Assembly (NCBI GenBank): GCA_043743165.1
Contig: JAYTXA010000033.1
Coordinates: 4,624 to 68,623, forward strand
Source of the DNA: Acidobacteriota bacterium
GTDB taxonomy: Bacteria > Acidobacteriota > Vicinamibacteria > Vicinamibacterales > CAVVIG01
Direction: 5' to 3'
DNA length: 64,000 nt
A model generated the notes under the pieces. It was not told the DNA's origin. It was given only the letters and a program-made list of their open reading frames with translations, and did not search any database. The translations under genes were made by a program, and so were the position numbers. Of this stretch, positions 1 to 11,027 are shown one piece after another. Within the stretch, counting starts at the first letter, position 1; the number at the start of each line of letters is the position of its first letter.

Positions 1-1597
1 GGTGCGCCAGTGCCTTGGTCAGCAGGCGGGTATAGCCCTCGTCCATGCCGTTGAGAAAGCGCTCGCTGAAGCCGTAGAGCGTGCGGCCGATGGCGGTGCG
101 CTTGTCGGGCGTCGGGGGCAGCACGAGCAAGCGCGAGCAGAGCACCGGCACCAGCGTGACCGCGACGAACAGCGACATCAGCAGCGAGAAGACCACCACC
201 ACCGACAGCTGCCGGAACATGATGCTCGATACGCCCTCGAGGAAGAGCAGCGGCACGAACACGGCGATGTGCGTGAGGATGGACGCCAGGATCGCGGACC
301 AGACTTCTTCACTGCCGTCGATCGACGCCTGCATCCGGTCCTTGCCGTAGTGCTCCATGTGCCGGAACGAGTTCTCCAGCACCACGATCGCCGCGTCGAC
401 GATCATGCCGACGCCCAGGGCGAGGCCGCCGAAGGTCATCGTGTTCAGCGTCAGGCCGCCGAAATAGAGCAGCGCGAACGTGCCGATGACCGAAATCGGA
501 ATCGACGTGGCGACGATCAGCGTCGAGCGGAAGTTGCGCAGGAACAGGAAGATGACGAAGATGACGAGCACCGAACCCAGCATCACGTGCTCCTGCACGG
601 CGCTGATCGAGCGTTCGATGAACTTGGCGCTGTCGTCCAGCATCGAGATGCGGACGCCTGGCACTTCGCGGTTGATGCGTTCGATTTCGGCGCGTACGCC
701 CTGCGCAATCTGCACGGTGTTGGTGCCCGACTGCTTGGTCACCGACAGGCGCACGCCCGGGCGGCCGTTGATGCGCAGCACCGAGCGCACGTCCTCGGTC
801 GAGTCGCTGACGTCGGCAATGTCCTTCAGGTAGACCGGCACCCCGTTCTTGGTGAGCACCACCGTGCTGGCGATCTGTTCGAGGTTCTGGTACTGCCCCT
901 GGCTGCGCAGCAGCAGCGCGCGGTCGCCCTGATAGACCTCGCCGATCGGAATGTTCTGGTTCTCGTTGCGCAGCACCGACACGACGCGGTCGACTGACAG
1001 GTCGAGCGCCGTGATCTTCTCGCGCGACAGGTCGACGTGGATCTGGCGGCGCAGACCGCCGTTGACGGTAACCGCGGCCACGCCCTGCACGCGTTCGAAG
1101 CGCGGCGACAGGATGTTCTCCGCCAGCTCACGCAACTGCACGCGGTCGAGGGTGCCGTCCGTGCTCTCGAGCGCCAGACCCATGATCGGAAACGCGTTCG
1201 AGTCGAACTTCTGGATGATCGGCGGGTCGGCATCCTCGGGCAGACGTCCGCGGACGCGGTCGATGCGCGTGCGGATGTCGTCCAGCGCTTCATTGAGGTC
1301 GGTGCCCCAGGTGAAGTTCAGCTGGATGCTGGCGCTGCCTTCCTGCGCGCTCGAGTTCATCTGATCGAGGCCCGACACGGCACTGAGCTGCTGCTCGAGC
1401 GGCCGCACGACCAGCTCCTCCATCTCGAGCGGGCCGACGCCCGTGTAGCTCACGCGGACGTTCACCGTCGGCTGGGAGATGTCGGGCAGCAGATCGACGG
1501 GGAGGCGCGACAGGGAGATGCCGCCGATCAGGATGACGATGGAACTGATCATCGTCATCATGACGGGGCGCTCGATCGCAAAACGCGGAATACTCAT
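1..1597 (-). CDS. RND efflux transporter permease subunit (AcrB/HAE1-like); 3' end cut by window edge
   Basis: Own translation of the minus strand from ATG at 1597: MSIPRFAIERPVMMTMISSIVILIGGISLSRLPVDLLPDISQPTVNVRVSYTGVGPLEMEELVVRPLEQQL... It stays open to position 1. This is a classic RND N-terminus (TM1 plus large periplasmic loop). It is absent from the ORF track because it has no stop inside the window. It lies downstream of OMF and MFP genes on the same strand. Confidence 0.9.
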   Translation of the reverse strand, partial: MSIPRFAIERPVMMTMISSIVILIGGISLSRLPVDLLPDISQPTVNVRVSYTGVGPLEMEELVVRPLEQQLSAVSGLDQMNSSAQEGSASIQLNFTWGTDLNEALDDIRTRIDRVRGRLPEDADPPIIQKFDSNAFPIMGLALESTDGTLDRVQLRELAENILSPRFERVQGVAAVTVNGGLRRQIHVDLSREKITALDLSVDRVVSVLRNENQNIPIGEVYQGDRALLLRSQGQYQNLEQIASTVVLTKNGVPVYLKDIADVSDSTEDVRSVLRINGRPGVRLSVTKQSGTNTVQIAQGVRAEIERINREVPGVRISMLDDSAKFIERSISAVQEHVMLGSVLVIFVIFLFLRNFRSTLIVATSIPISVIGTFALLYFGGLTLNTMTFGGLALGVGMIVDAAIVVLENSFRHMEHYGKDRMQASIDGSEEVWSAILASILTHIAVFVPLLFLEGVSSIMFRQLSVVVVFSLLMSLFVAVTLVPVLCSRLLVLPPTPDKRTAIGRTLYGFSERFLNGMDEGYTRLLTKALAH

Positions 1598-1630
1598 GCC
1601 TGCTCCTGGAATCCGATGTCTGCGAACTGT

Positions 1631-2968
1631 CTACTGACCTGTCGACGGAGTGCCGCCGCGACGGCCCCGCCCTTCGCCATTGCTGCCGGGGCCACCACGG
1701 CCACCGCGTCCGCCGCGGCCACCGTTGGCGCCGAGCAGGACGATGCGGTCGCCTTCGCGCAGGGCCGCCGCACCGGTGGTGACCACCCGTGTCCCCTCGG
1801 CGAGGCCCTCCACGATCTCGACGATGTCCGTTTGTGACATGCCGAGCTTCACCGGCTTGAAGCGCGCCACGTCGCCTTCATCAGGCAGGAACACGCCCTT
1901 CGCGCCGCGCAGGTCGACGACGGCGTTCGCGGGTACCACCAGCGTGTTGTCGCGGCGTTCGACGACGAAGTCGACCTTGGCATACATGCCCGGCTTCAGC
2001 CGGAACGTGGCGTTCTGCACTTCCACCTCGATCTGCGCCGTGCGGGTGGCCGGATCGAGCACCGGGGCGACGTGCGCAATGCGCCCGTCGAACGTCTCGC
2101 CAGGGAAGGCGTCGACCGTGACGTCGGCCTTCATCCCCTGGCCGATACGGTGCAGGTCCCTCTCGACGATGTTGGCCACGAGGCGGACGATGCTGATGTC
2201 GACCACCGAAAGGAACGGCGAGTTCGGCGTCACCCACGCTCCCGGGTCGAGCGTGCGGCGGCCGATGAAGCCGGACACGGGCGACGTGATGGCCGTGTTC
2301 GACAGGTTGATCTTCAGCTCGTCGAGCCGCGCCTGGGCCTGTGCGTACTGCGCGCGGGCGAGATCCAGCGACGCGACCGCGGCCTGCTGGCGCGCGTCGG
2401 TGTCGTCGAAGGTCTGCCGCGGGATGAGTTGACGATCGTAAAGGCTGCGCGACCGATCGAGGTTGGTCTGGGCCAGCCGCAGGTCCGCCTCGCGCTGCCG
2501 GACCGTGGCTGCCGACACATCGAACGAGGCCTGGGCCTGCTTCACCTGCTCCAGGATTTCGCGATCCTCGACCTTCGCCAGGCGCTGGCCGCGCGACACG
2601 CGGTCGCCCAGGCGAACGTTGACGGTCTCGAGGCGTCCCGCCACCTTCGGCACCGCCTCGATCGTGGCGGCGCCAATCAGGTTGCCCACCACCGAGATGC
2701 TTTCGGACATGTCGGCGCGCCTCACCGCTGCCAATTCAACCGTCATCGGCAGGCGCGGACCGCCGCCGCCACCGAAGCCGCCGAACCCGCCAGGACTACT
2801 GCCGCCCTGACGTCCGGCGCCTGGCGCGCCGCCGCGTCCCTGCCGGCCGCCGGGACCGCCGGCGCCCGCGGCGCTGGCCGACTCCGTAGGCGCACTCTTC
2901 GACCAGTAGTAGTAATAGCCCCCGCCTGCCGCCGCGAGGATGAGAACGATGATGATGCCGCGCTTCAT
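1631..2968 (-). CDS. efflux RND transporter periplasmic adaptor (membrane fusion protein, HlyD/AcrA family)
   Basis: ORF 1631..2968. N-terminal anchor MKRGIIIVLILAAAGGG. Coiled-coil/lipoyl-like segment ..LDLARAQYAQAQARLDELKINLSNTAITSPVSGFIGRR.. Sits between the OMF and RND genes. Has Gly/Arg-rich low-complexity tracts at both ends. Confidence 0.9.
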   Translation of the reverse strand: MKRGIIIVLILAAAGGGYYYYWSKSAPTESASAAGAGGPGGRQGRGGAPGAGRQGGSSPGGFGGFGGGGGPRLPMTVELAAVRRADMSESISVVGNLIGAATIEAVPKVAGRLETVNVRLGDRVSRGQRLAKVEDREILEQVKQAQASFDVSAATVRQREADLRLAQTNLDRSRSLYDRQLIPRQTFDDTDARQQAAVASLDLARAQYAQAQARLDELKINLSNTAITSPVSGFIGRRTLDPGAWVTPNSPFLSVVDISIVRLVANIVERDLHRIGQGMKADVTVDAFPGETFDGRIAHVAPVLDPATRTAQIEVEVQNATFRLKPGMYAKVDFVVERRDNTLVVPANAVVDLRGAKGVFLPDEGDVARFKPVKLGMSQTDIVEIVEGLAEGTRVVTTGAAALREGDRIVLLGANGGRGGRGGRGGPGSNGEGRGRRGGTPSTGQ

Positions 2969-2998
2969 AAACTTCGTGTGCTTTCGTGGGCGGTCGGC

Positions 2999-4672
2999 CT
3001 ATCGGCCGAGAATCGTGATGTTCGACGTGGACAGCGAGGTCTGCTGGAGCCGCTCGAGTTCGACGAGCGCCTTGCGATAGGCCAGCACCGCCTGCAATTC
3101 GTTGTTCTGCGCCGTGGCGAGATCGCGCTGGGCCTGCACGACGAAGTAGTTGGTCGACATCCCCACTTCGAACTTGCTCTGCTCGGCTTCGAGCGTGCGC
3201 TCCGCGAACTCGCGCGCCGCCTGCGCCGCCTGCACGCGTTCGACCGAGTTCTGCACGTTTGTGCCGGCGTTGGTGACGTCGGTCGCAATCTGCAGTTCGA
3301 TCTGCTTGAGCTGTGCTTCCACCTGGTTCACCTGCACGCGCGCGCGTGCCACGGTGGCATCGGCCGCGCTCGTGCCAATCGGGTAGGTGACGTTCAACTG
3401 CATCGTCCAGGTGGGGTAGTTGCGGTTGAACAGCGAGCTGATCGCGTCGCTGTAGCCGCCGGGGATTTCGCCGGTCACGACGCGGTTGATGCCGGTGCCG
3501 CTGGTGATGTACTGCGTGCCGCCCTGGCCGATGAGGCCATAGCGCGCCACAAGGTCGGCCTGCGGCAGCGTTTGGTTGTTCAGGTACTTCAGGGTGGTGT
3601 CATTCACCTGCAGGTTCTTGCGGGCCTGCTGCAGGTCGGTGCGGTTCTCGAGCGCGCGTTTCACGGCCGCGGGAATGTCGATCGGCTGCGGCGTGAACTC
3701 GGGACGGTCGGCCGGCACGATGTCGGCGTTCCAGTTCGGATCCTGCGTGCCCGCAACAATGAGGCGTTTGAGCGACAGCTCGTTCGTGCGGCGCGTGCCC
3801 TCGGCTACGGCCAGATTCTGGCGCTGCGTCGCGGCCTGCGACTGCGCCTGCACGACATCGATCGGCGCCATCGTGCCGATCTCGACGCGCGTCTGGTTGT
3901 CGCGGACCAGGCGCTCGGCCAGTTCCACGGAACGCCTCGCCACGTCAACCGCCTGCGTGGCGAAGACCAGGTCCCAGTAGGCGTTCCTGACGTTCGAGAC
4001 GATGTTGATGATCGAGCCCTGCAGCTGGATTTCGCTGATGTCCTGATTCAGCCGCGTGATGGCCAACTGCTGGCGGGTGTTGTCGATCTTGAAATTGCGC
4101 AGCAGGGGCTGCGTGTACTGCGCCGCCCAGTTGGTATTGAACGCCGGGTTGAACAGCGCCGTCAGGCTGGTGGTCGTCTGCTTGTTGTTATTCAGGTTGG
4201 CGGAGAAGGTGCCACCGCCCCAGCGGAGGTTTTGCGTGATGCCGGCGTTGTAGGTGGTGGTGCCCTGCTCGATGCCGGTTCCAGCCGCGGCGCCCGAAAT
4301 CGTCTGCGTCGACGGGTTCGTGTTCGACAGGTGGCTGATCTGCGAGGTCAGTGACGGCCGATAGCCGGCCCGGATGTTGGCGACCGAGTAATCGAAAGTG
4401 GCCGGGTTCAGCCGCTGCACGGCAATGTCGAGGTTGCGCTCGAGGGCCAGCTTCACCGCATCGTCCAGCGTGAGGGGCACCGTCGGGCGGGCATCAGCCG
4501 CACCGACGCCTGCCGAAGCGCCCGAGGGCGCCCCGGTCTGGGCACCGACGCGCTCCGCCGCCGCGCGAATCAGTTCCTGGACGTGCGCGTCTGTCACCTG
4601 CTGGGCCCGTGCCGGAACTGTCGTGGCAAGGCCGGCGCAGAGAATCGTCGAGAAGAGAGCGTACCGTGTCAT
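2999..4672 (-). CDS. TolC-family outer membrane efflux protein
   Basis: ORF 2999..4714. Start moved to ATG at 4672, which gives the signal peptide MTRYALFSTILCAGLATTVPARAQQ. Contains two OEP-type repeat halves (..LTLDDAVKLALERNLDIAVQRL.. and ..IPAAVKRALENRTDLQQARKNL..). Confidence 0.9.
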   Translation of the reverse strand: MTRYALFSTILCAGLATTVPARAQQVTDAHVQELIRAAAERVGAQTGAPSGASAGVGAADARPTVPLTLDDAVKLALERNLDIAVQRLNPATFDYSVANIRAGYRPSLTSQISHLSNTNPSTQTISGAAAGTGIEQGTTTYNAGITQNLRWGGGTFSANLNNNKQTTTSLTALFNPAFNTNWAAQYTQPLLRNFKIDNTRQQLAITRLNQDISEIQLQGSIINIVSNVRNAYWDLVFATQAVDVARRSVELAERLVRDNQTRVEIGTMAPIDVVQAQSQAATQRQNLAVAEGTRRTNELSLKRLIVAGTQDPNWNADIVPADRPEFTPQPIDIPAAVKRALENRTDLQQARKNLQVNDTTLKYLNNQTLPQADLVARYGLIGQGGTQYITSGTGINRVVTGEIPGGYSDAISSLFNRNYPTWTMQLNVTYPIGTSAADATVARARVQVNQVEAQLKQIELQIATDVTNAGTNVQNSVERVQAAQAAREFAERTLEAEQSKFEVGMSTNYFVVQAQRDLATAQNNELQAVLAYRKALVELERLQQTSLSTSNITILGR

Positions 4673-4710
4673 GCCGCAGAGATCCTTCGTTATGAAAACA
4701 GAGCCGAATA

Positions 4711-5187
4711 TCAACGTTCAGGACGTCGGGGTGCGTCGGGGCTTCGGCCCGGAATGGCGGCGTGATGGTCGTGCTGCCACTTGTCGTGCAGCGTGTTGAA
4801 GCGGGTGCGCTGCTCCGGTGTGAGCACCTTGAGCATCTGCACCAGCATCAGCGACCGCGTCTTGTTGGCGGCCGCGCGCGCCGTCTCGACCCGGTCGATC
4901 TGGCGCGTGAGCACGGCCTCATCGGCGTCGTTCTGGATGAGACGCGACAGCCTGGCTTCGAGCGTCGACAGCTCGTCCCACTCCTGTCGCAGTTCGATTC
5001 GGGTCGTTTCCCAGATCGTGTCGATGCGCGTCGACTGCTCGGCGGCCAGCCCCAGTTCCTTCTTGAACGGCTCCGACTTCCACCACGGGAATGGCCGAGG
5101 CGCTTCCGGGGGGCGTTGGGCCAGGGCGGGAGCGGCACTGAGCAGGAGGGCGGCTGCCACGAGACGGAGCCGCAGCGGAAACATCAT
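4711..5187 (-). CDS. periplasmic Spy/CpxP/ZraP-like protein (LTXXQ motif)
   Basis: ORF 4711..5391 trimmed to ATG-ATG at 5187, giving the signal peptide MMFPLRLRLVAAALLLSAAPALAQ. Has an LTPEQ (LTXXQ) motif, a helical charged body and a His-rich tail WQHDHH. The longer version would run into ispH. Confidence 0.65.
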   Translation of the reverse strand: MMFPLRLRLVAAALLLSAAPALAQRPPEAPRPFPWWKSEPFKKELGLAAEQSTRIDTIWETTRIELRQEWDELSTLEARLSRLIQNDADEAVLTRQIDRVETARAAANKTRSLMLVQMLKVLTPEQRTRFNTLHDKWQHDHHAAIPGRSPDAPRRPER

Positions 5188-5347
5188 CGTCAATCCTCTG
5201 TAAGCGCAGTTACTGGAAGGGAATACGATGCGAGAGGGTCCGTCGTTTAGCCGGTCGGGTAATTTCTTTGACCACCGGAGGTATTCCTTGCCCGCCGGAG
5301 GTCGAGGTGTGTCAGCGCCGTCGATCCATCGCTGACAGGCGAGGCGG

Positions 5348-6520
5348 TCAGGCGCAGAACGCGTCCAGCATGGCGATGGCCGAACCGACAAGGTTGTCGG
5401 GCGTCGAGGCGCCCGAGGTCAGGCCGATGGTCACCGGTCCGCTGCGCGGCAGCCAGTTGGTGCTGATCACTTCGCCCTTGGCGCCGATGGGCCGGTGCCG
5501 GATGTCCTCACGCGAGAGCAGGCAGTCGGGATCGGCGATGTGGAACGTGGGCTTCGAGGCCGCACAGATGCGGGCCAGGTTGGCGGTGTTGCTGCTGTTG
5601 TAACCGCCGATCACGACCATCAGGTCGACGTCGTGCTCCTGCAGCAGCTGCACCACCGCATCCTGCCGGTCCTGTGTCGCGCTGCAGATCGTGTCGAACG
5701 CCTGATAGTGCGCGGCGAGGTCGTCGGTCCCCCAACGGTCGGTCATCGCAGCCTTCAGCATGTCGCCGATTGCCAGCGATTCGGTCATCAGCATCGTCGT
5801 CTGGTTTGCCAGGCCGACGTGCTGCAGGTGGCGCTCGGGGTCGAACCCGAGCGACGCCGCCTTGCCGTATCGGGCCATGAACGCCGCACTGTCGCCGCCA
5901 TGGCGGATGAACTCGCACACCTCGCCGGCTTCGCGGTCGTCGTACACCACCAGGAACGCGCCGCCGGACGCCACCGCCTGAGACGCGGTGGCCTGCGTTT
6001 CCTCGTGCCACATCTTGCCGTGGATGACCGATGTGTAGCCCTGCTCGGCGTAGCGCTTCACGTTCTTCCAGACGTTGAGCACCGAACCGCAGGTCGTGTC
6101 GACCAGCGTGCAGCCCACGGCATCGAACTGCTGGAGCATCTGCACGGTGACACCGAACGCCGGGAGGATGATGACGTCGGCGGGCGTGAGGGCGCTCGAG
6201 GACTCGTCCGGATCGCTCAGGAACCGGACTCCCATGCTCCGCAATTTCTCGTTCACGTGGGGGTTGTGGATGATTTCGCCGGTCAGGAAGACGCGACGGT
6301 CGGGGAAGCGACTCCGCGTCTGGTAGGCGTAATCGACCGCGCGGTCGACGCCGTAACAGAAGCCGAACTCCCGCGCCAGGTGGACCGTGAGCCGCCCTGA
6401 GGTGTGGACGAAGTCGTTCGCCTTGATCTGCTGGATGAGCGTGCTGTGATAGCTCTCGGCAAGGATGCCGGCGACGGCACCCTTCATCTCGAGCCCCTTG
6501 CGGAAGATGAGGGACGGCAT
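5348..6520 (-). CDS. ispH: 4-hydroxy-3-methylbut-2-enyl diphosphate reductase (long, plant/cyanobacterial-type N-terminal extension)
   Basis: Motifs FGFCYGVDRAV, EIIHNPHVN and GGYNSSNT. 390 aa with the conserved N-terminal extension (..YHSTLIQQIKANDF..). Confidence 0.9.
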   Translation of the reverse strand: MPSLIFRKGLEMKGAVAGILAESYHSTLIQQIKANDFVHTSGRLTVHLAREFGFCYGVDRAVDYAYQTRSRFPDRRVFLTGEIIHNPHVNEKLRSMGVRFLSDPDESSSALTPADVIILPAFGVTVQMLQQFDAVGCTLVDTTCGSVLNVWKNVKRYAEQGYTSVIHGKMWHEETQATASQAVASGGAFLVVYDDREAGEVCEFIRHGGDSAAFMARYGKAASLGFDPERHLQHVGLANQTTMLMTESLAIGDMLKAAMTDRWGTDDLAAHYQAFDTICSATQDRQDAVVQLLQEHDVDLMVVIGGYNSSNTANLARICAASKPTFHIADPDCLLSREDIRHRPIGAKGEVISTNWLPRSGPVTIGLTSGASTPDNLVGSAIAMLDAFCA

Positions 6521-6531
6521 CAGGAACGATT

Positions 6532-7164
6532 CTACCGTTCCCGGTAGTCGATGTCGCGCACGTGCGGGGTGAGCGCGTCGAATGGCTGGAGTTCGCGCGT
6601 GTGCGGCGCCGCCAACGCCAGTTCCAGTTCCATCAGGAACGCATCGTCATCGACCTCGGCTTTCGCGGTGCGGACGAGCACGGCGGGGGAGGCCACGACC
6701 GCAGCCTGCCGCTGGACGGCCGCCGTGGGCGCAGGCGTCGGCTGTGCTGCCGGGCGCCGGGGGCCGACGTAGGCACCGAGGCCGACGCCGATGCACAAAC
6801 AGGCCGCTGCCGCCGCCGCCAGCCACCGCGGCGCCACGCGAACGGTGGCGCGTGACGAGATGGCTGCCGCCTCGCGGCCGGGGAAGGTGATGACCCGTGC
6901 CGACCGCTGCACGTGCTGCAGCCGGTGCAGAATTTGGTGCCGCTGGCCGCGCAGGTGGTCGTCCGTGAACACCGCGTCGGTCTCGGTGTCGGCGTCCTCG
7001 CGCAGGCCGTCCATCCACTCCCGGAACTCGTCGTACCGCGTTTCGCACGCAGCGCAGTGGCCGAGGTGCTCGGCCACCCGCGGGTCCAGCGGCTCGCCGG
7101 CGCGGGCGGCGAAGTAGCACTCGAAGAGATGGTCGTCTTTGAGGTGCGATGCGTGGACGATCAC
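6532..7164 (-). CDS. anti-sigma factor (zf-HC2 type, single TM)
   Basis: ORF 6532..7521 trimmed to GTG at 7164, which overlaps the sigma-factor stop (GTGA). Has the HLGHCAAC (H-x3-C-x2-C) motif followed by the TM helix WLAAAAAACLCIGVGLGAYV. Confidence 0.7.
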   Translation of the reverse strand: MIVHASHLKDDHLFECYFAARAGEPLDPRVAEHLGHCAACETRYDEFREWMDGLREDADTETDAVFTDDHLRGQRHQILHRLQHVQRSARVITFPGREAAAISSRATVRVAPRWLAAAAAACLCIGVGLGAYVGPRRPAAQPTPAPTAAVQRQAAVVASPAVLVRTAKAEVDDDAFLMELELALAAPHTRELQPFDALTPHVRDIDYRER

Positions 7165-7862
7165 GAGGTGCCTCCCAGGAACCCGCGGAGCTTGCGAACG
7201 GCGCGGAACAGGTGGACGCGAACCGTGGACTCGTTCAAACCGGTCATGGCACTGACGTCCCTCGGGGAGCAGTCGCCGTAGTGACAGAGCATGAAGACGG
7301 TGCGCTGCCGGCCGTCGAGCTTGTCGACCGCCGCCGCGAGCGTGCCGCGGCGCTCGCGCGCCAGCAACCGGGCTTCGGGGTCCGGGCCGGTCGAGCGGCC
7401 GCCCGTGTCGACGACCGACTCGTAGCCGGTGTCGCTGTCGGCAGGCACCAGCCAGCGTTCGCGGCGAGCGCGGGCCTTGCGACGGTCGAGGCAGCCATTG
7501 ATGAGAATGCGGGTGAACCACACCTCGAACGGCCAGGCCTCCCGGTAGGAATTGATGTGGGTGAACACCTTGACGAACGCGTCCTGGACGGCCTCGTCGG
7601 CTTCGGCACTGTCGCGGAGGTACTGGTAGGCGATGCGAAGGGCCCGGCGCTGGTGCGCGGCCACCAGGCCGCTGAAGCGCTCGCGCGCCTCGTCCATCGC
7701 GCCCTGATCGACCAGGCCGCGAATCTCGACGGCGAGGATGGTGTCGTCGGTCGGGGTGTCGGAATACGACGCAGCGCTGCCGCGGCCGGCGCTGCCCCTG
7801 GGGCTGGCGTCCGTGGATACGCGTTTCGGCGTGAGGTGGCGCACGTTCCGTTGATCACTCAT
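7161..7862 (-). CDS. RNA polymerase ECF-type sigma-70 factor
   Basis: Region 2 (..AYQYLRDSAEADEAVQDAFVKVF..) and region 4 HTH (..CSPRDVSAMTGLNESTVRVHLFRAVRKLR..). Followed by a translationally coupled anti-sigma factor. Confidence 0.9.
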   Translation of the reverse strand: MSDQRNVRHLTPKRVSTDASPRGSAGRGSAASYSDTPTDDTILAVEIRGLVDQGAMDEARERFSGLVAAHQRRALRIAYQYLRDSAEADEAVQDAFVKVFTHINSYREAWPFEVWFTRILINGCLDRRKARARRERWLVPADSDTGYESVVDTGGRSTGPDPEARLLARERRGTLAAAVDKLDGRQRTVFMLCHYGDCSPRDVSAMTGLNESTVRVHLFRAVRKLRGFLGGTS

Positions 7863-7867
7863 GCAGG

Positions 7868-7895
7868 ATTACGCCCGGACCTCGGAGGTGTTTAC
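7868..7895 (-). promoter_or_regulatory. possible ECF-type autoregulated promoter (GTAAAC-N16-CGTAAT) ending 5 nt before the sigma ATG
   Basis: Minus-strand reading is tGTAAACacctccgaggtccgggCGTAATcctgcATG. It matches the AAC-N16-CGT core of ECF promoters. There is no Shine-Dalgarno sequence before the ATG. Confidence 0.3.
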
Positions 7896-7919
7896 AGTCT
7901 ACCGCACCGGGCTGCGTGA

Positions 7920-7949
7920 TTGACTTGCAACGAAACCGGCGAGTACGAT
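7920..7949 (+). promoter_or_regulatory. sigma70-like promoter for pckA (TTGACT-N18-TACGAT)
   Basis: TTGACT at 7920-7925 and TACGAT at 7944-7949, about 50 nt upstream of pckA. AGGAG RBS at 7989-7993. Confidence 0.4.
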
Positions 7950-8000
7950 CCTCTCGCTTGCCGGTATGTCTTTGCTCTGTCTCCGTTTAGGAGCTACCTC

Positions 8001-9580
8001 ATGACCCCCGTCGTCGACCCTCGTCGCAGCCTCGAACAGGAAGGTATCCAGGACGCCCAGGCGCACTGGAATCTGAGTGATGCCGTGCTGTTCGAGCAGG
8101 CCATCCGCCGCGGCGAAGGACTCGTTGCCGCCGAAGGCCCGTTGGTCTGCCGGACCGGCCACCACACCGGCCGCTCGCCGAACGACAAGTTCATCGTCAA
8201 GGAACCGTCGAGCGAGCAGCACGTCGCCTGGGGCGGCCCGAACCGGCCGATGTCGGTCGAACACTTCGACCGCCTCCACCAGGACCTGCTGGCGTCGCTG
8301 CGCGGCGCGGAGTTGTTCGTGCAGGACTGCTACGCCGGCGCCGACGGCCGCTACCGCCTGCCCATTCGCGTCATCACCGAATACGCCTGGCACAGCCTGT
8401 TCGCGCGCAACCTCTTCATCCTCGACGATGTGGCCGGGCACGTGCCGGAGTTCACCGTCATCGACAGCCCGTCGTTCAAGGCAGACCCGGCGCGTCACGG
8501 CACGAACTCCGAGGTGGTCGTCGCGCTGAACTTCGCCAAGCGCCTCGTCCTGATTGGCGGCACCAGCTATGCGGGCGAGATCAAGAAGTCGATCTTCAGC
8601 ACGCTGAACTACCTGCTGCCGCTGCGCGGCGTGCTCTCCATGCACTGCTCGGCGAACATCGGTCCGGGTGGCGACACCGCGCTCTTCTTCGGTCTCTCCG
8701 GCACCGGCAAGACCACGCTGTCGAGCGACCCGGACCGTGGCCTCATCGGCGACGACGAGCACGGCTGGAGCGACCACGGCGTGTTCAACTTCGAGGGCGG
8801 CTGCTACGCCAAGACCATCCGCTTGTCGGCCGAGGCCGAGCCGCAGATCTACGCCACTACCCGCCGCTTCGGCACGGTGCTCGAGAACGTGGTCATCGAC
8901 CCGGTGACGCGTCAGCTCGATCTCGATTCGGACCAGTTCACCGAGAACACCCGGGCCGCCTACCCGATTCAGTTCATCGAGAACGCCGTGCCCTCGGGGC
9001 AGGGTGGTCATCCGACGCACATCGTGATGCTGACGGCCGATGCGTTCGGGGTGCTGCCGCCGATCTCGCGGCTCTCGCCTGCCGCCGCGATGTATCACTT
9101 TCTCTCGGGCTACACCGCGAAGGTGGCCGGCGCGGAGAAGGGCGTGACCGAACCGAAGGCCACGTTCAGCACGTGCTTCGGCGCGCCGTTCCTGCCTTTG
9201 GCCCCGAGCCGCTACGCCGAACTGCTGGGTGAAAAGATCGCCCGCCACGATGCGCAGGTGTGGCTGGTGAACACCGGCTGGACGGGCGGACCGTACGGGG
9301 TGGGTTCGCGCATGCGCATCCGTTTCACCCGCGCCATGATTGCTGCCGCGCTCGGCGGCGCCCTCGACGGCGTGCGCTACGACACCCATCCGGTGTTCAA
9401 CCTGCAGGTGCCGCAGTCGTGTCCGGACGTGCCCCCCGACGTCCTGAACGCACGCGGCACCTGGGCGGACAAGGCGGCCTACGACGCGCAGGCGGGGAAG
9501 CTGGCCCGCATGTTCGAGGACAACTTCACGCCCTTCGCCGCATCGGTCTCCGCTGACGTCGTCGCCGCGGGCCCGCACCC

Positions 9581-9584
<4 letters not shown>
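8001..9584 (+). CDS. pckA: phosphoenolpyruvate carboxykinase (ATP)
   Basis: ORF 7920..9584 trimmed to ATG 8001, which is preceded by AGGAG. Motifs: ..[16 protein letters not shown].., the kinase-1a loop [11 protein letters not shown], and ..IGDDEHGW.. Confidence 0.95.
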
Positions 9585-11023
<1,439 letters not shown>

Positions 11024-11027
11024 CCGC

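Noticed and set aside
2-997. 331-aa plus-strand ORF at the left edge
   Set aside because: It is antisense to the clearly recognisable RND permease gene. Its Arg/His/Asp/Glu/Ala-rich composition (..HRHQRDRDEQRHQQREDHHHRQ..) is typical of a shadow ORF in high-G+C DNA.
2072-4354. 760-aa plus-strand ORF
   Set aside because: It is antisense to the MFP and TolC genes and spans their intergenic gap. It has a low-complexity Arg/Ala/Gly/Asp composition and no motifs. Shadow ORF.
7899-9578. 559-aa minus-strand ORF
   Set aside because: Antisense to pckA across almost its full length. Shadow ORF.
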